Shown here one piece after another: positions 14,105-27,100 of a DNA stretch of 64,000 nucleotides. This DNA comes from Octopus sinensis (lineage: Eukaryota): NCBI RefSeq assembly GCF_006345805.1, contig NC_042997.1, forward strand, positions 4,092,001 through 4,156,000, in the 5' to 3' direction. Positions within the stretch are counted from its first letter, which is position 1, and every line of letters starts with the position of its first letter. A program made the position numbers and the translations under genes. The notes under the pieces are model-generated. The model saw only the letters and a program-made list of their open reading frames with translations. It was not told the DNA's origin and did not search any database.

Positions 14105-14455
14105 TTACACTATTGATGTTCTCCTTCAGTTGCACCAACGTCTCCGGTTTGTTGGCGTAAACCCTATCTTTATGATATCCACACAAGAAAAATCCGGGCT
14201 AGTCAAGTCTGAGGAATATGAAGGAAAGTTGACATTGCTCTAGCGGGAGATTATTCTCTCTCCAAAGCACTGCTGTAGCAAATGCATTATTTCTCTTGCC
14301 GTATGAGCAGTTCTGCCATCTTGCTGGAACCATGTGTGAGGTCTATTTTGAATGTCCTTCATGTTCCCCAGACTTGACAAGCCCGGATTTTTTTCTTGTG
14401 GGGATACGTGTAAGAGACACTGGTGCAATTGAAAGAGAACATAAACAGAGAAATC
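14105..14455 (-). mobile_element. Tc1/mariner transposase fragment with inverted partial duplication
   Basis: Minus strand encodes WFQQDGRTAHTAREIMHLLQQCFGERIISR...DRVYANKPETLVQLKENI. Plus strand 14365-14455 re-encodes PDLTSPDFF...ETLVQLKENINREI. Confidence 0.75.
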
Positions 14456-14804
14456 AGAAGTCGGGTTTTATTTCATTCTACACGTGTTTCGAAAGGCACA
14501 AATTACCAAAATCCGATTGAATAATGGGACCATTCGAAACACGTGTAGAATGAAATAAAACGATTTCTGTTCAATCTGCGTTCAGCTCCATTTCTTCAAT
14601 TCACCAATAATGTTTTAATTTCAATTATCCGCACCGACGCACGGTTGCAACGCCAGATGGTTGTACCTCCAACCGTGCTGTTTACTGCTGTGATTTTTGC
14701 TACTAAGGTATCGGTTAAACTTTTGATTAATCTACTACAAGATTATTCATCTTTCTATTTCACATAATACATACCGCTTCGTCAAGAAACTGCTACTTTA
14801 ACCG

Positions 14805-17493
14805 ATGCCAATAATGGAGTTGTTCGAGATTGATGCGTCCCTTAAGGATATTCCTATACCACCAAAGGATGCCTTCCTTAAGGAGTTGGTTTGTAAAACC
14901 AACGCATTCATAAACCGGATAAGATGGCTCATTTTCTTCCACGAGAACGAAGATCTAAAATCGAACCGGACAACAGCATCGTCCGAATACGGCCGGCTTT
15001 TTAAAACATTGGATACGCCGCCACCGAACCCAAGACTGAAGAAGTTTGAGGACGACTTGTGGGACATAGTTAGAAAGATTAAGTTCAGGAAGTCACCCAG
15101 GAGAAAGCCCACCTCAGATACCTAGATAAAATTACCAAGGACATTAATAGAACGGACGGAGTCCTGGTCCAGTCCGACAAGACCAGGAACACATACAAGA
15201 TGCCCATTAAGCAGTACCTAGATTTACTCGGTAAAGAGATCAAGAAAAATTATAGAAAAACCAATTGGAATACCCTGAGGAAGGTAAACTTGGAAATTAA
15301 GGATATAATATTTAAACACCGAATTCAAATGAGAACTCAGCCGCTTAGCCCAAGCAACCCAGATTTATAGTGAAGGACCATAAACCTAACTTCCACACCA
15401 ACCCAGCGCTAAGACTCATATGCCCTGCTAGATCTGATATCGGGATAATCAGTAAGTACATTTTAGATAAATATATCCCTAGTTTAGTAACAAGCTGAAG
15501 CTCAGCCTCTGGGCCAACTCCTCGCAGGTAGTGAAGTGGTTCTCTTCCATCCCCAATAAGAACCGTACTAGGTTCATTCAGTTTGATATCGCCAGCTTCT
15601 ACCCCTCGATTAACCCTAGTGTGCTAAATAAGGCCCTCTGGCATGCTCACAACAAGGCTGGCCTTACCAGAGAAGAGATAGATATCATTTTAGTTGCCAG
15701 GAAATCGTTTATTAAGTTTGATAATAAGTTGTGGATCCGTAAAGATACTCCCAATGAATTTGATGTGCCTATGGGTAGTTCGGATAGTGCGCAGATAGCC
15801 GATTTGGTCGGAATATATATTCTCTACGAATTGTCCGATCAATTCCCGGAGATCGCGGGCGGCCTGTATCGTGACGATTGTCTGTTTTACCTGCAAAACA
15901 CCACGAACAGAATAGTGCAGAAAACTAAGAGCAGGTTAGCTAGGTTTTTTAATAGAATGGGCATGAGTATAGTTTTTGATAATGAACTCACCAAGGCTAA
16001 TTTCCTAGACGTTACACTTAACCTTAATAGCGACTCATACTGCCCTTACCATAAGCCTTCCACTAATTTGAAGTATGTCAGTGTCTTCTCAAATCATGCC
16101 AAAACCGTAACAGACAATTTGGTTAAAAACATCTCTCTAAGATTGTTTGGCTTGTCCGCCAGTGCCGATATTTTTATGCAGAAAGCGGATTTTTATAACG
16201 CCGCACTATCCAAGGCCGGTTATAGGCAGAAGGTAATTTATATTGATCCGGCCCTTCCGATGCCATCATTCGGTCATCAGGATAGGGCCGTATATAATAA
16301 CATTAACATTTTAAGTAAGGACGGGAGCGCGGCGGATGCCGGGGTAGTCGCTCCCGCATTTAATTTAGCGAACAAGGATAATTATCGGTCCGGGAGGTCT
16401 TACGCTAACCAAGACCCGTTATTCATCCGAGAATCACCCACCCGAATGCGAGAGCTGGCGTCCCGACCCATCACACTGATAGGAATAAGCATATACGGTT
16501 TGTAATCCCCTTTGGTAAGCAGATTAGAACTAACCTCCCCCTCATGTTTAGACAAGCCATCGCCAATAACTTCCCCAGAAATTCCAAATATTACTCCACG
16601 GTTAACTCACATAAAGTTAGGATAGCTTTCTCCAACACTAAAACCTCGCCCAGATAATCGCCTCCCATAATAATAGGCTACTTACTAAGACCCTATCACC
16701 TTTTCCGGAGGCACAGCCTCTTCCGCTCCCGGTTTAATGCTCAGTAGGAATAATTATAGTAGTAATAATGATATGAGAGCCAGTACAGTGACACATAATC
16801 TCAGCTCCAGCCAGGGAGTACCCACTAGGGGTATAGTTATAAATAGGGGTGTTGTGGTTGACGGTAACAATGGGAGTAGGGTAGAGAGCCCCATTAGCAT
16901 CCCCAGCATCATTTCCCGCAATAGCAGTACCACGGGCAGTAGCAATGACAGCACTCTGATAGATAGTGGAGAATCAGGGGTATTCCTATAGTTAATAGTG
17001 ACGTAGTGGAAAATAGAGTAGTAAGCGGCTGCAGGTCTCGGAACGAATATAGTGACAGGAACGCAGTTCTAATATCAGAAACCAATCCTAGCAGATTAAG
17101 ATTCACGTCGGCGAACTCCAAGATCAAAAACGCCGTCTACCAATGCAAGGTTTACACGGACTCAGATGCCTTCACTTATGTAGGAGCATCATCCTCAAGA
17201 TTGTCTTGCGTGTCTCCAACCATTACGCAACTTTTCGGGACGTGAACAAGCGCCAGACCACGGGACTCAGTAAGCTAATATGGCGACTGAAGGATGCGAA
17301 CTTAAGCTATAGGCTGGAATGGTCAATTTTGTCGGTGGCCCTCCCATTTGATAGGGGCAGAAGACAGTGCAACCTTTGTGTCTCCGAACTCTTCCATATT
17401 TTGTTTGCCAGAGGCCGGATGGTAAACGGGCTCTTACAGTCGGCTTTTCGATGCCCCCATTGGCGGCGTTACACTTATCTGGCCTTTAAATAG
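14805..17493 (+). CDS. Penelope-like polyprotein (RT + GIY-YIG endonuclease), broken by ~8 single-base frameshifts
   Basis: RT motifs VQSDKT, VKDHK, FDIASFYPSI, PMGSSDSAQIADL, GLYRDD, NFLDVTL. EN motifs AVYQCKV...YVG, RVSNH, LSKLIWRLK, CNLCVSE. Pieces correspond to track ORFs 14805-15125, 15531-16505, 16737-16991, 17006-17245 and 17143-17493. Confidence 0.88.
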
Positions 17494-18112
17494 CGTTTAT
17501 AAATAATACCGGCACCCATAGCCCTTGGTAACAAATTCTGAAATAGCCTTTAAGATATCTACGATTAACCACTGCAAGGGAAATTACTCCTGTAAGACAA
17601 ACGGGGCTTGGTTTTTTCACAGCGGGGGGTTTCCTTGACAAGGCAGGCTTAGATGAACACACACACACACACATAAAACATAATATATATATATAAATTT
17701 TTTTATTTTTTTTAAATTTTTTTCTTTCTGCCACCCAACGGTTATCACGGCAGTAGCCACTGACAGCCGAACGATCAAACGCACACACGTACACAAAAAA
17801 TGTTTTCTACCCCTACGCCAACACACACATATATAGAACAGTATACACACACACACGTCTCTAAGTAGATTTTTTCTCGCCCCTTATAAAACATCCAATA
17901 TTCTTTAAATAGTCAGAACTTTATTCTCGGTCACAAAGAACATCTATACACCCTCACCCACATGATTGACCGATGCCTGACCCGTTGAATTCTTCAGCCA
18001 CGGTTCTCAACATACACTGATAAACAGTTTCGCCATGGGCTCTTAGGAGCACAGTTCGATTTGTTTTTTGCTCCGCCTCTGTTCTGTTCTTGTTTTTCCA
18101 ACGGATTTCCTT

Positions 18113-18201
18113 TTTCTTCCTGAAGAGAAAGACACAATATGGTCCCATTATTCAATCGGATTTTGGTAATTTGTGCCTTTCGAAACACGTGTAGAATGAA
18201 A
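18113..18201 (+). ncRNA. Type I hammerhead ribozyme in the 3' pseudo-LTR
   Basis: ttcttc-CTGAAGA(18120-18126), stem II gaaagacacaa/ttgtgcctttc, GAAAC-acgt-GTA(18191-18193), then gaatgaaa pairing back to the 5' pyrimidines. Short palindromic stem III is typical of Penelope hammerheads. Confidence 0.85.
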
Positions 18202-18451
18202 TAAAACGATTTCTGTTCAATCTGCGTTCAGCTCCATTTCTTCAATTCACCAATAATGTTTTAATTTCAATTATCCGCACCAACGCACGGTTGCAACGCC
18301 AGATGGTTGTACCTCCAACCGTGCTGTTTACTGCTGTGATTTTTGCTACTAAGGTATCGGTTAAACTTTTGATTAATCTACTACAAGATTATTCATCTTT
18401 CTATTTCACATAATATATATATATATATATAATATATATATATATAGATAA

Positions 18452-18615
18452 GCAAAGGAGTAGCTGTGTTGTAAGAAGCATACCTCCCAACTACATGCAA
18501 AAGGGTTCAGTCCCACTGCGTGGCTCGTTGGGCAAGAGTCTTGTACTCTAGTCTTGCGCCGAACAAAAACCTTTTGAGTGGATATGGTAGACAGAAACTG
18601 AAAGAAGCCCGTCGC
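18452..18615 (+). mobile_element. tRNA-derived SINE (family D)
   Basis: ggagtagctgtgttgtaag...gggttcagtcccactgcgtgg...gtagacagaaactgaaagaagcccgtcg; reverse-strand homologue at 49666-49823. Confidence 0.75.
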
Positions 18616-18859
18616 ACATACACACAATACACACACACATATATATATATATATATACATATATATATGAGAGGAGTTGGTACCTAGAAGTCCAAAGTGT
18701 GGCAGGTAACGCTAAGTGCTATGGACAGACCGTAGTTAAACTCTTGGCACGACAGTGATACGAGTGGGGAGTCTAATATGGGTCTTGAATAAGCATGCAT
18801 ATATATATTAAACAAAATGAAATAATACAGCAAAGGCTATGAGAATTTTTCTGGTCATT

Positions 18860-19660
18860 ACAAAGAAAATTTTATAGGCATAGTCTTACAGCTGTTTTGA
18901 GATATTACGGATATCCCTTCATCAGAGACGATGTGTGATGGTTAAAGAGAGCGAAACATTTGAGTTCTAAATAAAGAATTAATATGGAAAAGGAGGAAAT
19001 AGGAAATATAGAGGTAAATAAGAGAATGAAAATAGAAATAAGATATAAATTAAGATATTGTAGCTTCAGTTCCATTGTTCGATGAAAGTGGTGTATAGAA
19101 GTGGTAAATTTGTTTCCCGTATGTGGTATGTATGTTCCAGGAGCAGTTCATGTGTCGTCATTTCAAAGTATGGAGCCGTTGATTCAGTGTTGCTCATTCG
19201 AATGTGTCTTGTGGTGTGAATGAAAATTTGAGAATGTATTGGAAGTATTTGTGGATAGATATGAGGGGGATGTGTTTGATTAGAGTGAGGAGATAGGTCA
19301 AAATTAAAGCAGAAACAGAAAATGAGAAGAAGAAAGAGAGGAAGAAAGAGAAACAAAAGGGAGAGAAAAGACAAATATTAAAAAGAGTGAAAAACGTGTA
19401 GAAACGGTGCAAGAAGTGAAGGGGGGTGAATGGCAGTGGGGTGGGGGAGAAATAGGAAGAGATGAGAAGGTAAAGAGTGAATAAGTGTAAGATATGTTAG
19501 TAGAGGTAATATGATAACAGTTGCACCAAGGGAAGGGTTGAGAAACGGTATGAGTGGGGTGATACCAAAGTGAGTAGTAGTTTTAGTAGTAAAATTTAAA
19601 GTGGAAGGAAGAATACAAGGATGGCACAATACATTAAATAGACGTATGTGATTAATAAAT
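18860..19660 (-). mobile_element. Non-coding repeat (family E) ending in a hammerhead motif, probably a Penelope-like 3' end/pLTR
   Basis: Homologous to 31330-32070 (shared ttctcaaat...cattcacac...aagac segment). Hammerhead motif at 18883-18929 lacks G12. Confidence 0.6.
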
Positions 19661-19750
19661 CAGTGTGATAGGTAAGAATCAGAGAGGAGGAAATACGGTA
19701 TAATGACATACCTACATATACACACAGATATATACATACATATACACACA

Positions 19751-19809
<59 letters not shown>

Positions 19810-20447
19810 TAATCGATATCAGGGTAGCAAAAAATTCAAGAGAAATTTTTTCGCCACCAGGGGTCCAGTGAGAAAGAAAAAAAATATATATGCATGCATG
19901 CACACGCGCATACATACATACGCGCAGGTGCTCACCCGGTTACACACAGACGCACGCGTGCATACAGGCACATACGTATATATATATACACATACACACA
20001 CTCATTCATATATATATTTGTGTATATAAATATGCACGTACATATGTATGTATGTGTGGATATATGTATATTAATACACACAAGCATACATACATTTATC
20101 TCTATACTTGAGCGTGTATAAGTATGTCTAGAATATCTCCATAAATTACAATTACAATTTTAAATATTCGGTAAAAAGAAAAAAATGATAACTCAGCAGG
20201 TTACGTGCAAACATTGTAGCGCGCATGATGGCGTTCTTAGGTTACTAATAAATCTTTATTTGTTTGCTTATGTTTTCCAGTAAACACTGGTGAGTTATCC
20301 TTACTTATTGGGTTTATTTTTGAAACGTTCAAAGTGGAAAAAGAATTTATGGAGAAACTATATACAAGTGCGTGTATGCATAATATATATAATCTTTCAT
20401 ATCTATATATAATGTTTCAAATGCATATATATATATATATGCACACA

Positions 20448-20512
<65 letters not shown>

Positions 20513-21147
20513 GCTCCCCCTCTCTCACATTTCCTGGCTTTTTCTTCATTCTCACCTTCCATCCTCCTTCACTTCACTCTGTCCCTTTTCTTTTTTCTCG
20601 TCCTTCCCCAATTCTTCTATCTCACTGCATCTATCTCACTCACTATTTTCTCTCCTCGTGACCGTTGTTCGGCCAAGCCTGACCTTTCTTCCTTGGTTCC
20701 ACTATCATCCGTGCAACATCTATATTCATCCCTATGCCTGTCATCTCTTATGTCCCTACCGTAAGTATTCACTTCCACACACGCCAGCTTAATTCCATTC
20801 TTCTTTAATCGAAAGACACCTGTTTTTAACATCCTTTTATTTGTATTTGCCTTTGAGTACCATTTCTCAGTATTTTCCGACCTTGTTTTCGTATACATTC
20901 GCTGCTATCTTCCAAGTAATCTAGTGCTCTTAGTTAAGTTTTTTTCCTTGGAGCTGACCAGATTAGAGCAATCTAGAGTATAACCAGCCGAAATTGCAAA
21001 GATAATCTGGAAGTCGACTGATGAATGAAAACTCCGAATGACCCGTCCTTGTATTTTTATCGTCTGTCTAAATGTCTTGCTGTCCCTATTTTGTATCCTT
21101 TAACTGGCTGGAGGTGTTGCATTCTTCTCCCATATTTGATATTCCTT

Positions 21148-21228
<81 letters not shown>

Positions 21229-23107
21229 GCGTGTGTACGTATGGGTATGAATGTGTGTTTGATGACTACTGAAATATGCATATATATATATATATATATA
21301 TATTTACATGTACACTCGTACACACAACAATAAACGCGCCCACACACATTCACATACATACACATACACACACGCATACGCTTATATATATAATAATTCT
21401 ATGAAAACTGAAGCAAGCAAGGTTACAATTTCTTCCGTACATATTGTATTCTCTATGATGTGATTCCATCATTAACTGATCATCAACGGCGGAGTGGCTA
21501 TGACTTTCAATAATGTCGAGTGCATAATAGTTTCGGTATCCATAGAAAATATCATGAGAGTATTGAAGAAATTCATCGTAAAGCATAACTGTTGACATAT
21601 GCAATGCTGAAGTACTAATGCTAAGCCTGCAACATGCTAATGCAGCACAGTTAATATAATGATTAATCGCCCAAATCTGTAACCTTGTGTTCTTGACAAT
21701 AAGGGCCAGAATCCTGTAAGCTGTGGAGTAGAGAAAGAGAAGCCAACAATGGGATACCTGAAAGATTAACTGTTTTGCATAGAAAAGTATTGGGAGATGG
21801 AAAGAAAATTCCATTAATCGCGGGCAATATCGTAATAAATAGCCTCGTGCATGTAACTCATGTCATTGATGTGTTTGAGGACAAAGTTTTAAGATAATCT
21901 ATGCAGAGATGATGCAAGATTAACACATCACAACATGTGCCCCAAAGAATAAGGTTGTATAGACCTGCATGGGGATCAAGCTTCACCTTCGGAATAGGTA
22001 GGATACTGTGTGAATGGTGTTATTCTTCTAGGGACATCTTTCTTCAGGCATGTATCAATTTTCATCATGACCTCTTTATCTCTAGCTGATATTCTGTTAG
22101 GAAAATCGGTTTAGTTGTCGAAACACTTTACTGGTTCTCATTAGGTTGTCTTTACATTTTCCTGCTATATTCTATGTATAAACATTAAAAGTATTTAAAT
22201 TTTAAATTGTTGAAGGGGTATATTATGACCATGTATATGATTTTGTATATATGAATGAGCGTGTAATTGTGTATGCAAGTATGTGTAGTGAAGCGAACGT
22301 TCCAACAGTGTAGTTATACGTATTGATTCTTATTTACATATTGAATTCTTCCTTAGGCATACGGCCAATTTATTGAAAGCTGAGAGAATATACAATTGCA
22401 TTAATGCTAATCATATAATCAATAACGGTGTAAGAAAAGGGAAATTCGACTCCAAAGTAATTTGTGATCGGAACTGAGAGAAGCAAAAATATATATATTC
22501 CCATATTTTCCTTCCGGTTCTGCGTGAACCAGTAGTTTTGCACAGATATTGATGATAATATAATAATAATTTCATATGCGTTCTTATTTATGCAAATGAC
22601 TGCCAATTTTAAGAAATTATGTGTGAGAAATTGAAAGAGTCAACGTGTAATCACACTGAAGTGCATTGCACTATTTATACTGGACATGTTTTATGTGATG
22701 TTTCCAGAGAGCTTTTACCTGCTAACTATAATACACAGAGAAAATTGTACACATAAAACATGACATTACAATCTCGTTCCTTTAATTTACTGATGATTAC
22801 GATTGGCAAATTATCAACAAATTCTGTATCCACTTGGAAATTGCGATCTGAGTTTTGCCGAAATATTCATGTAATGCTGATGAATACCTAAGTCTATTTA
22901 TATTGCACTTATCTACCTCGTTCACTGCAATAGAAAATAAGATTACCTACACATTTTCATACTGTTCGTTCTTCTGTTGACAGAACATGTATATTTGAAT
23001 ATCGTTCCAATCGTCATTTCAATGAAAGTGTTGTGTTATGTCAGATATGGAACCCGGAAAATTTATGTTACTTAGATTGTCTGTATTTTTAATATACTTA
23101 AGAGTAG

Positions 23108-23300
23108 TAAAGCGGTGAGTTAGCTGGATCGTTACTGCGCCAGAAAAGTTGCTTAGCGGCATTTCGTCCATTTTCATGTTCTGATTTCATATGACACCGA
23201 GATTGACTTTGCCTTTCATCCTGTCGGTGTGGATACATTTACTACCAATTGAGTACTGGCGTTAATGTAATCGACTTATCCACCCCACAGACATTGAAAC
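23108..23300 (+). mobile_element. Decayed SINE (family C)
   Basis: aaagcggtgagttagctggatcgtta head; gactttgcctttcatcctgtcggtgtggatacatttactacca core. Confidence 0.65.
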
Positions 23301-24199
23301 CATAAGAGTGCTACTAAAATGTAATCTTAACTGCCTCTATGTTCTTCTAAAATGAATTTGTAAGGTAATGGTTTCGGTCTAGTAGCTCTCTTATGATTTC
23401 GTTATGAAGGACATTATGTCTCCGATTTGTTTTCTCTCCATTAGAATGAGACTAATTCTTCAGTGTTTAAATTAATAATACCTGAGATAGTTTTCGAGCA
23501 CATAACAGAAAAGACAATTTGGGGAAAATGCTGTTTTTGTGAGTTTTTATCGTCTTCTACTTCAATATAGTCAGCACTCTAATACAAGTAATAATTCCTG
23601 TTTCAGCACAATATCCAAGAAAATAGGAATACTCCAAGCAAAATATGTTAAACCATTATTCTGCGGTAAATATGCAAGACAAATGCATGTCTTCTTGAAT
23701 TTGATAAAAATTAAGATGTCAGTTCTCGTGCTGCGCGATTAGTTGACAACTGGTCAAATCTAAATTTTATACCATTTACGTATATTTCCACGTAGGCGGA
23801 ACATAACGCTGCACAAGTGGACATACAGCGATTGAAACATAGGTTGTAGAATACTCCCTAAAATATAAGTGTTACTCTATTGCATACTGGATTTCTGTAC
23901 ATTGGGATAAAACAGCTGCGTCCGTGGTGATGTTTGAAAAAAGGTCCTTATTTAGTTCTTATTGCTTGCGTATATTTCACTACAGATAATATTTGTTGAA
24001 AATATCACGTATATGTTTTGTGGACAGTAAGGATTTGATGGAGCAAATATTTGTATGTTGCTGTATTGTTATGTATTTTTCTCATTTCATTTGGGATATA
24101 CTCTTATTCGAGTGTGTTGTAGTACTAATGATTTGAAGTTATGTGTTGGTGTCTTTGAGAATGGCGATGCCTCTCAGTCAGATATTAACATGTAATGTG

Positions 24200-27100
24200 T
24201 ATCTTGAAGCTTATCCTGACAACTTCTCCACAAACATTCACAGAGATCTTACATTCTTAACTTATATTTATCAAAAAGTGTTGTTATTATGTTACCAGTT
24301 ACTGCGGGAAATGTTCTGTATTATGCGGCTGTTTTACCATGATAGAGAAAAAATGTGAAACAAGAGATGAGTTGGAACCAGGCTGCGTATAATGAACGTG
24401 CAACACTCTTGAAAAATTAAAAAGATTTTTCGGGTTGTTCATGGACTAGAAATTTGAAACAGGTTAGAAAAATGGAAAGAATAATTCTATAGCATTTACA
24501 AATCGTTGATTACACAAGATCTGTATGTAAGCTTGCCAAGATGGAAGATATACACATTGGATCGATAACGGCCAACTATGACATCAATATTGCGTAGGAG
24601 CCGTAAAAGCGATTATTACAGAAGAGAGTGTAAATAGGTGAACTGCTAGTTGGCTCACACTCAAGAAGATATCACACGTGTGAAAATGAACGCAGTCTTG
24701 CACAACTTGGCTGCCGAGAGTGGAAACGACACTCAACACGGATGTCTATGACACTCGGCAAAGTTGGCGCTCAAAATTTCTATTTATATTACTTGCACAG
24801 AGACATTCCGAAAGGATCTGAAATGATCTGTTAGAAGAAGTCCGGCCGTAGATTCGTCCTTAACTCGGCTTTTCACTTGAACAAGATTTAGGAATACTAT
24901 GATTTAAACATTTAAATCTGAGGCCGCGGGTTGGAATTTTAGTATACATATTTTTAAATTTCTGTACATGATAAGAAAGTTTGGTCTGCTTACATGTTAT
25001 GACGGTGCAATGCACTGTATTCTATGGCAAATGAGGATCTAGAGATTGGTCGACGGGAGTTAGACTGACAAAATATGTGAGTATTTAATAATTCGTTTCA
25101 TGCTTCCTTGTTCCTTTTTTGAATATTATATTTTTATTGCTCACTGTATGGCTGTGTGTCGTGTTTTACTTTTAGTCTTTCTCTGGATATTGGTATAATG
25201 TTATTCTTTCGTTTACCTAAGGCATTGAATTTAACGCCTCGATGTATTTAATGTTTTTTTTAGTGACCTGTAGGAAGTGGTATTATAGATTAAGTTCTGA
25301 TTTAAACATATTGATATGGAACCATATTACCAGGTTATTAAAATAATACCCGATTAGTAGTATTACAGTTTTTCTAGATTGTTAATTGGACATGGTTAAC
25401 TTGTTTTGAGTGATGTTCACTATATTATAAAAAAACATTTTCGGGCAGTCAACAGGTATTATTTGAAAGAGTGAATGAGAGAACGACATTTGGGGGTGCA
25501 ATACTCTAGAACTTACACTTTTGACAACAAATATTTGTTGATCTGAGAAGTACAATATTTTCTGTTGCGTCTTAAGTTTTTTACTGAATATATTACGTAC
25601 GCTTTGAGACTAATGAATGGATTTGCTGACATCACTTGTGTTTAGAAGGAAATACATGAAATAATCACTCTTGGCGAAGACCTAGTATATTGTTTACATC
25701 AGGATGGAGATTATTTACCCGAAATGACTGAATGACTTAGTATATAGAGTTTTTAAGACAGTTATGTGGACAGTAAGATTTTTGAACGAGTTTTGTTTTT
25801 AGGAAGGGACACTTAGCGAATGAAATATTTCCTACAGCATCTTGTTTCAAATTAATGTATTTTAGCTTATCCCCTTCTGATAAGTTTTAAGTTTTACAGT
25901 TCCCTATATTCTTTTATGTGCATGTGATGGAATCAAGGATTCAATCGAGTAAATGCTCTGTAAGTTTATTACATTTCATTTTGTAATCCAGTGGTCTATA
26001 AGTGTGTTTTTTTTTCTTGTTTGAGCATTCGTGAGGAATATCTGCTACACATATAAGCTACACATATAAGGTCGGGGGACAGTATAATAATTGAGATAGG
26101 TATTTTGATAAGTGCTGTATGATACAATTATCTTTGTTGAAAGATGCTGGTTAGCTGAATGTATCCTTGCATATATTTTCCAATGTTAGTTATAATTTCA
26201 TGTTATTCGTGTACTGCTTTGTGATGCTGAGAGTTCTGTGTGTATATCGTTTGTGATATATGGCGATTTGTGATATGTGGCTATCGCTGGTTAATATTAT
26301 TTTGATACATTTTGTATTCTCATGTCAAATTTTGGGAAGTGTTTCCTGGGTGTGATTTAAATATTTCATCGACATCAAATTTCGCTGTATCTATGTTTGG
26401 TGGTTTGAGCGGTGAGAACCTTGAATGCAGTGCGTTTTGAGTAAGTTCTTTAAACTACGTTAACATTTTTCATTGGTATAGGAAGTCTTTGTGTTGGTGA
26501 TTGTTATGTGGGCCACGGACATTTTACAGAATATATATGAAATATTTGGAACTACTAACTATATATGTAAGCTTACCAAGGCTGTGTAGCTGATTAATGA
26601 ATAAAGTGTGAAGCACATTTTGCAATTGTTTTGAATGCCAAGAAAACGAGTCGCATAGGAGACTTCGTCATCTCTGTGGAACTTTCTACTATTTAAAGCA
26701 CAGATGATGCTACTTCAATATTTAAAACATGTGTGTTTACATGTGTGATTCTGTTAGAATGTTGATTGTAAAGATAAACTCATCAAAAATTAGTGGATTC
26801 AATATGATAATTTAAAACAAAAATTATACATTGATTGTAGCTATTATTATTAATAGATATGGAAGTGAAGATTGTCAATGTATTGTTATTTCATATTTAT
26901 TTACAAATAATATCATAACATCGATTTATTTCAACAAAGCATTTGACGTCTTATATAAGACGTTCAATATCTGAAATGTGAGTGTAAAGTTGATTTGAAA
27001 TGATTTCACTAGGGAGAGCATTATCTCATCAAGTTTATGAGGGTGTTTAGCATTAATGGTGTGTGATTCTCGTTACTAAAAACAAAATATTCTATTTCCA

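Larger units (their letters stand above)
14465..18413 (+). mobile_element. Penelope-like retroelement, near full length, with pseudo-LTRs and inverted 5' tail
   Basis: Direct repeats 14534-14768 and 18180-18413 differ at only two positions by eye. 14465-14533 is the reverse complement of ~18139-18208. Encodes RT plus GIY-YIG; 3' end abuts (TA)n. Confidence 0.92.

Noticed and set aside
14708-14786. Candidate intron in the Penelope 5' pLTR (ag|gtatcg ... caag|)
   Set aside because: Penelope elements can retain introns, but the acceptor is weak and there is no transcript evidence.
20500-21150. Repeat with CTGATGA at ~21017 resembling a hammerhead
   Set aside because: The following sequence (ctccgaatgacccgtc) lacks GAAA and a clear stem I; at best an eroded motif.
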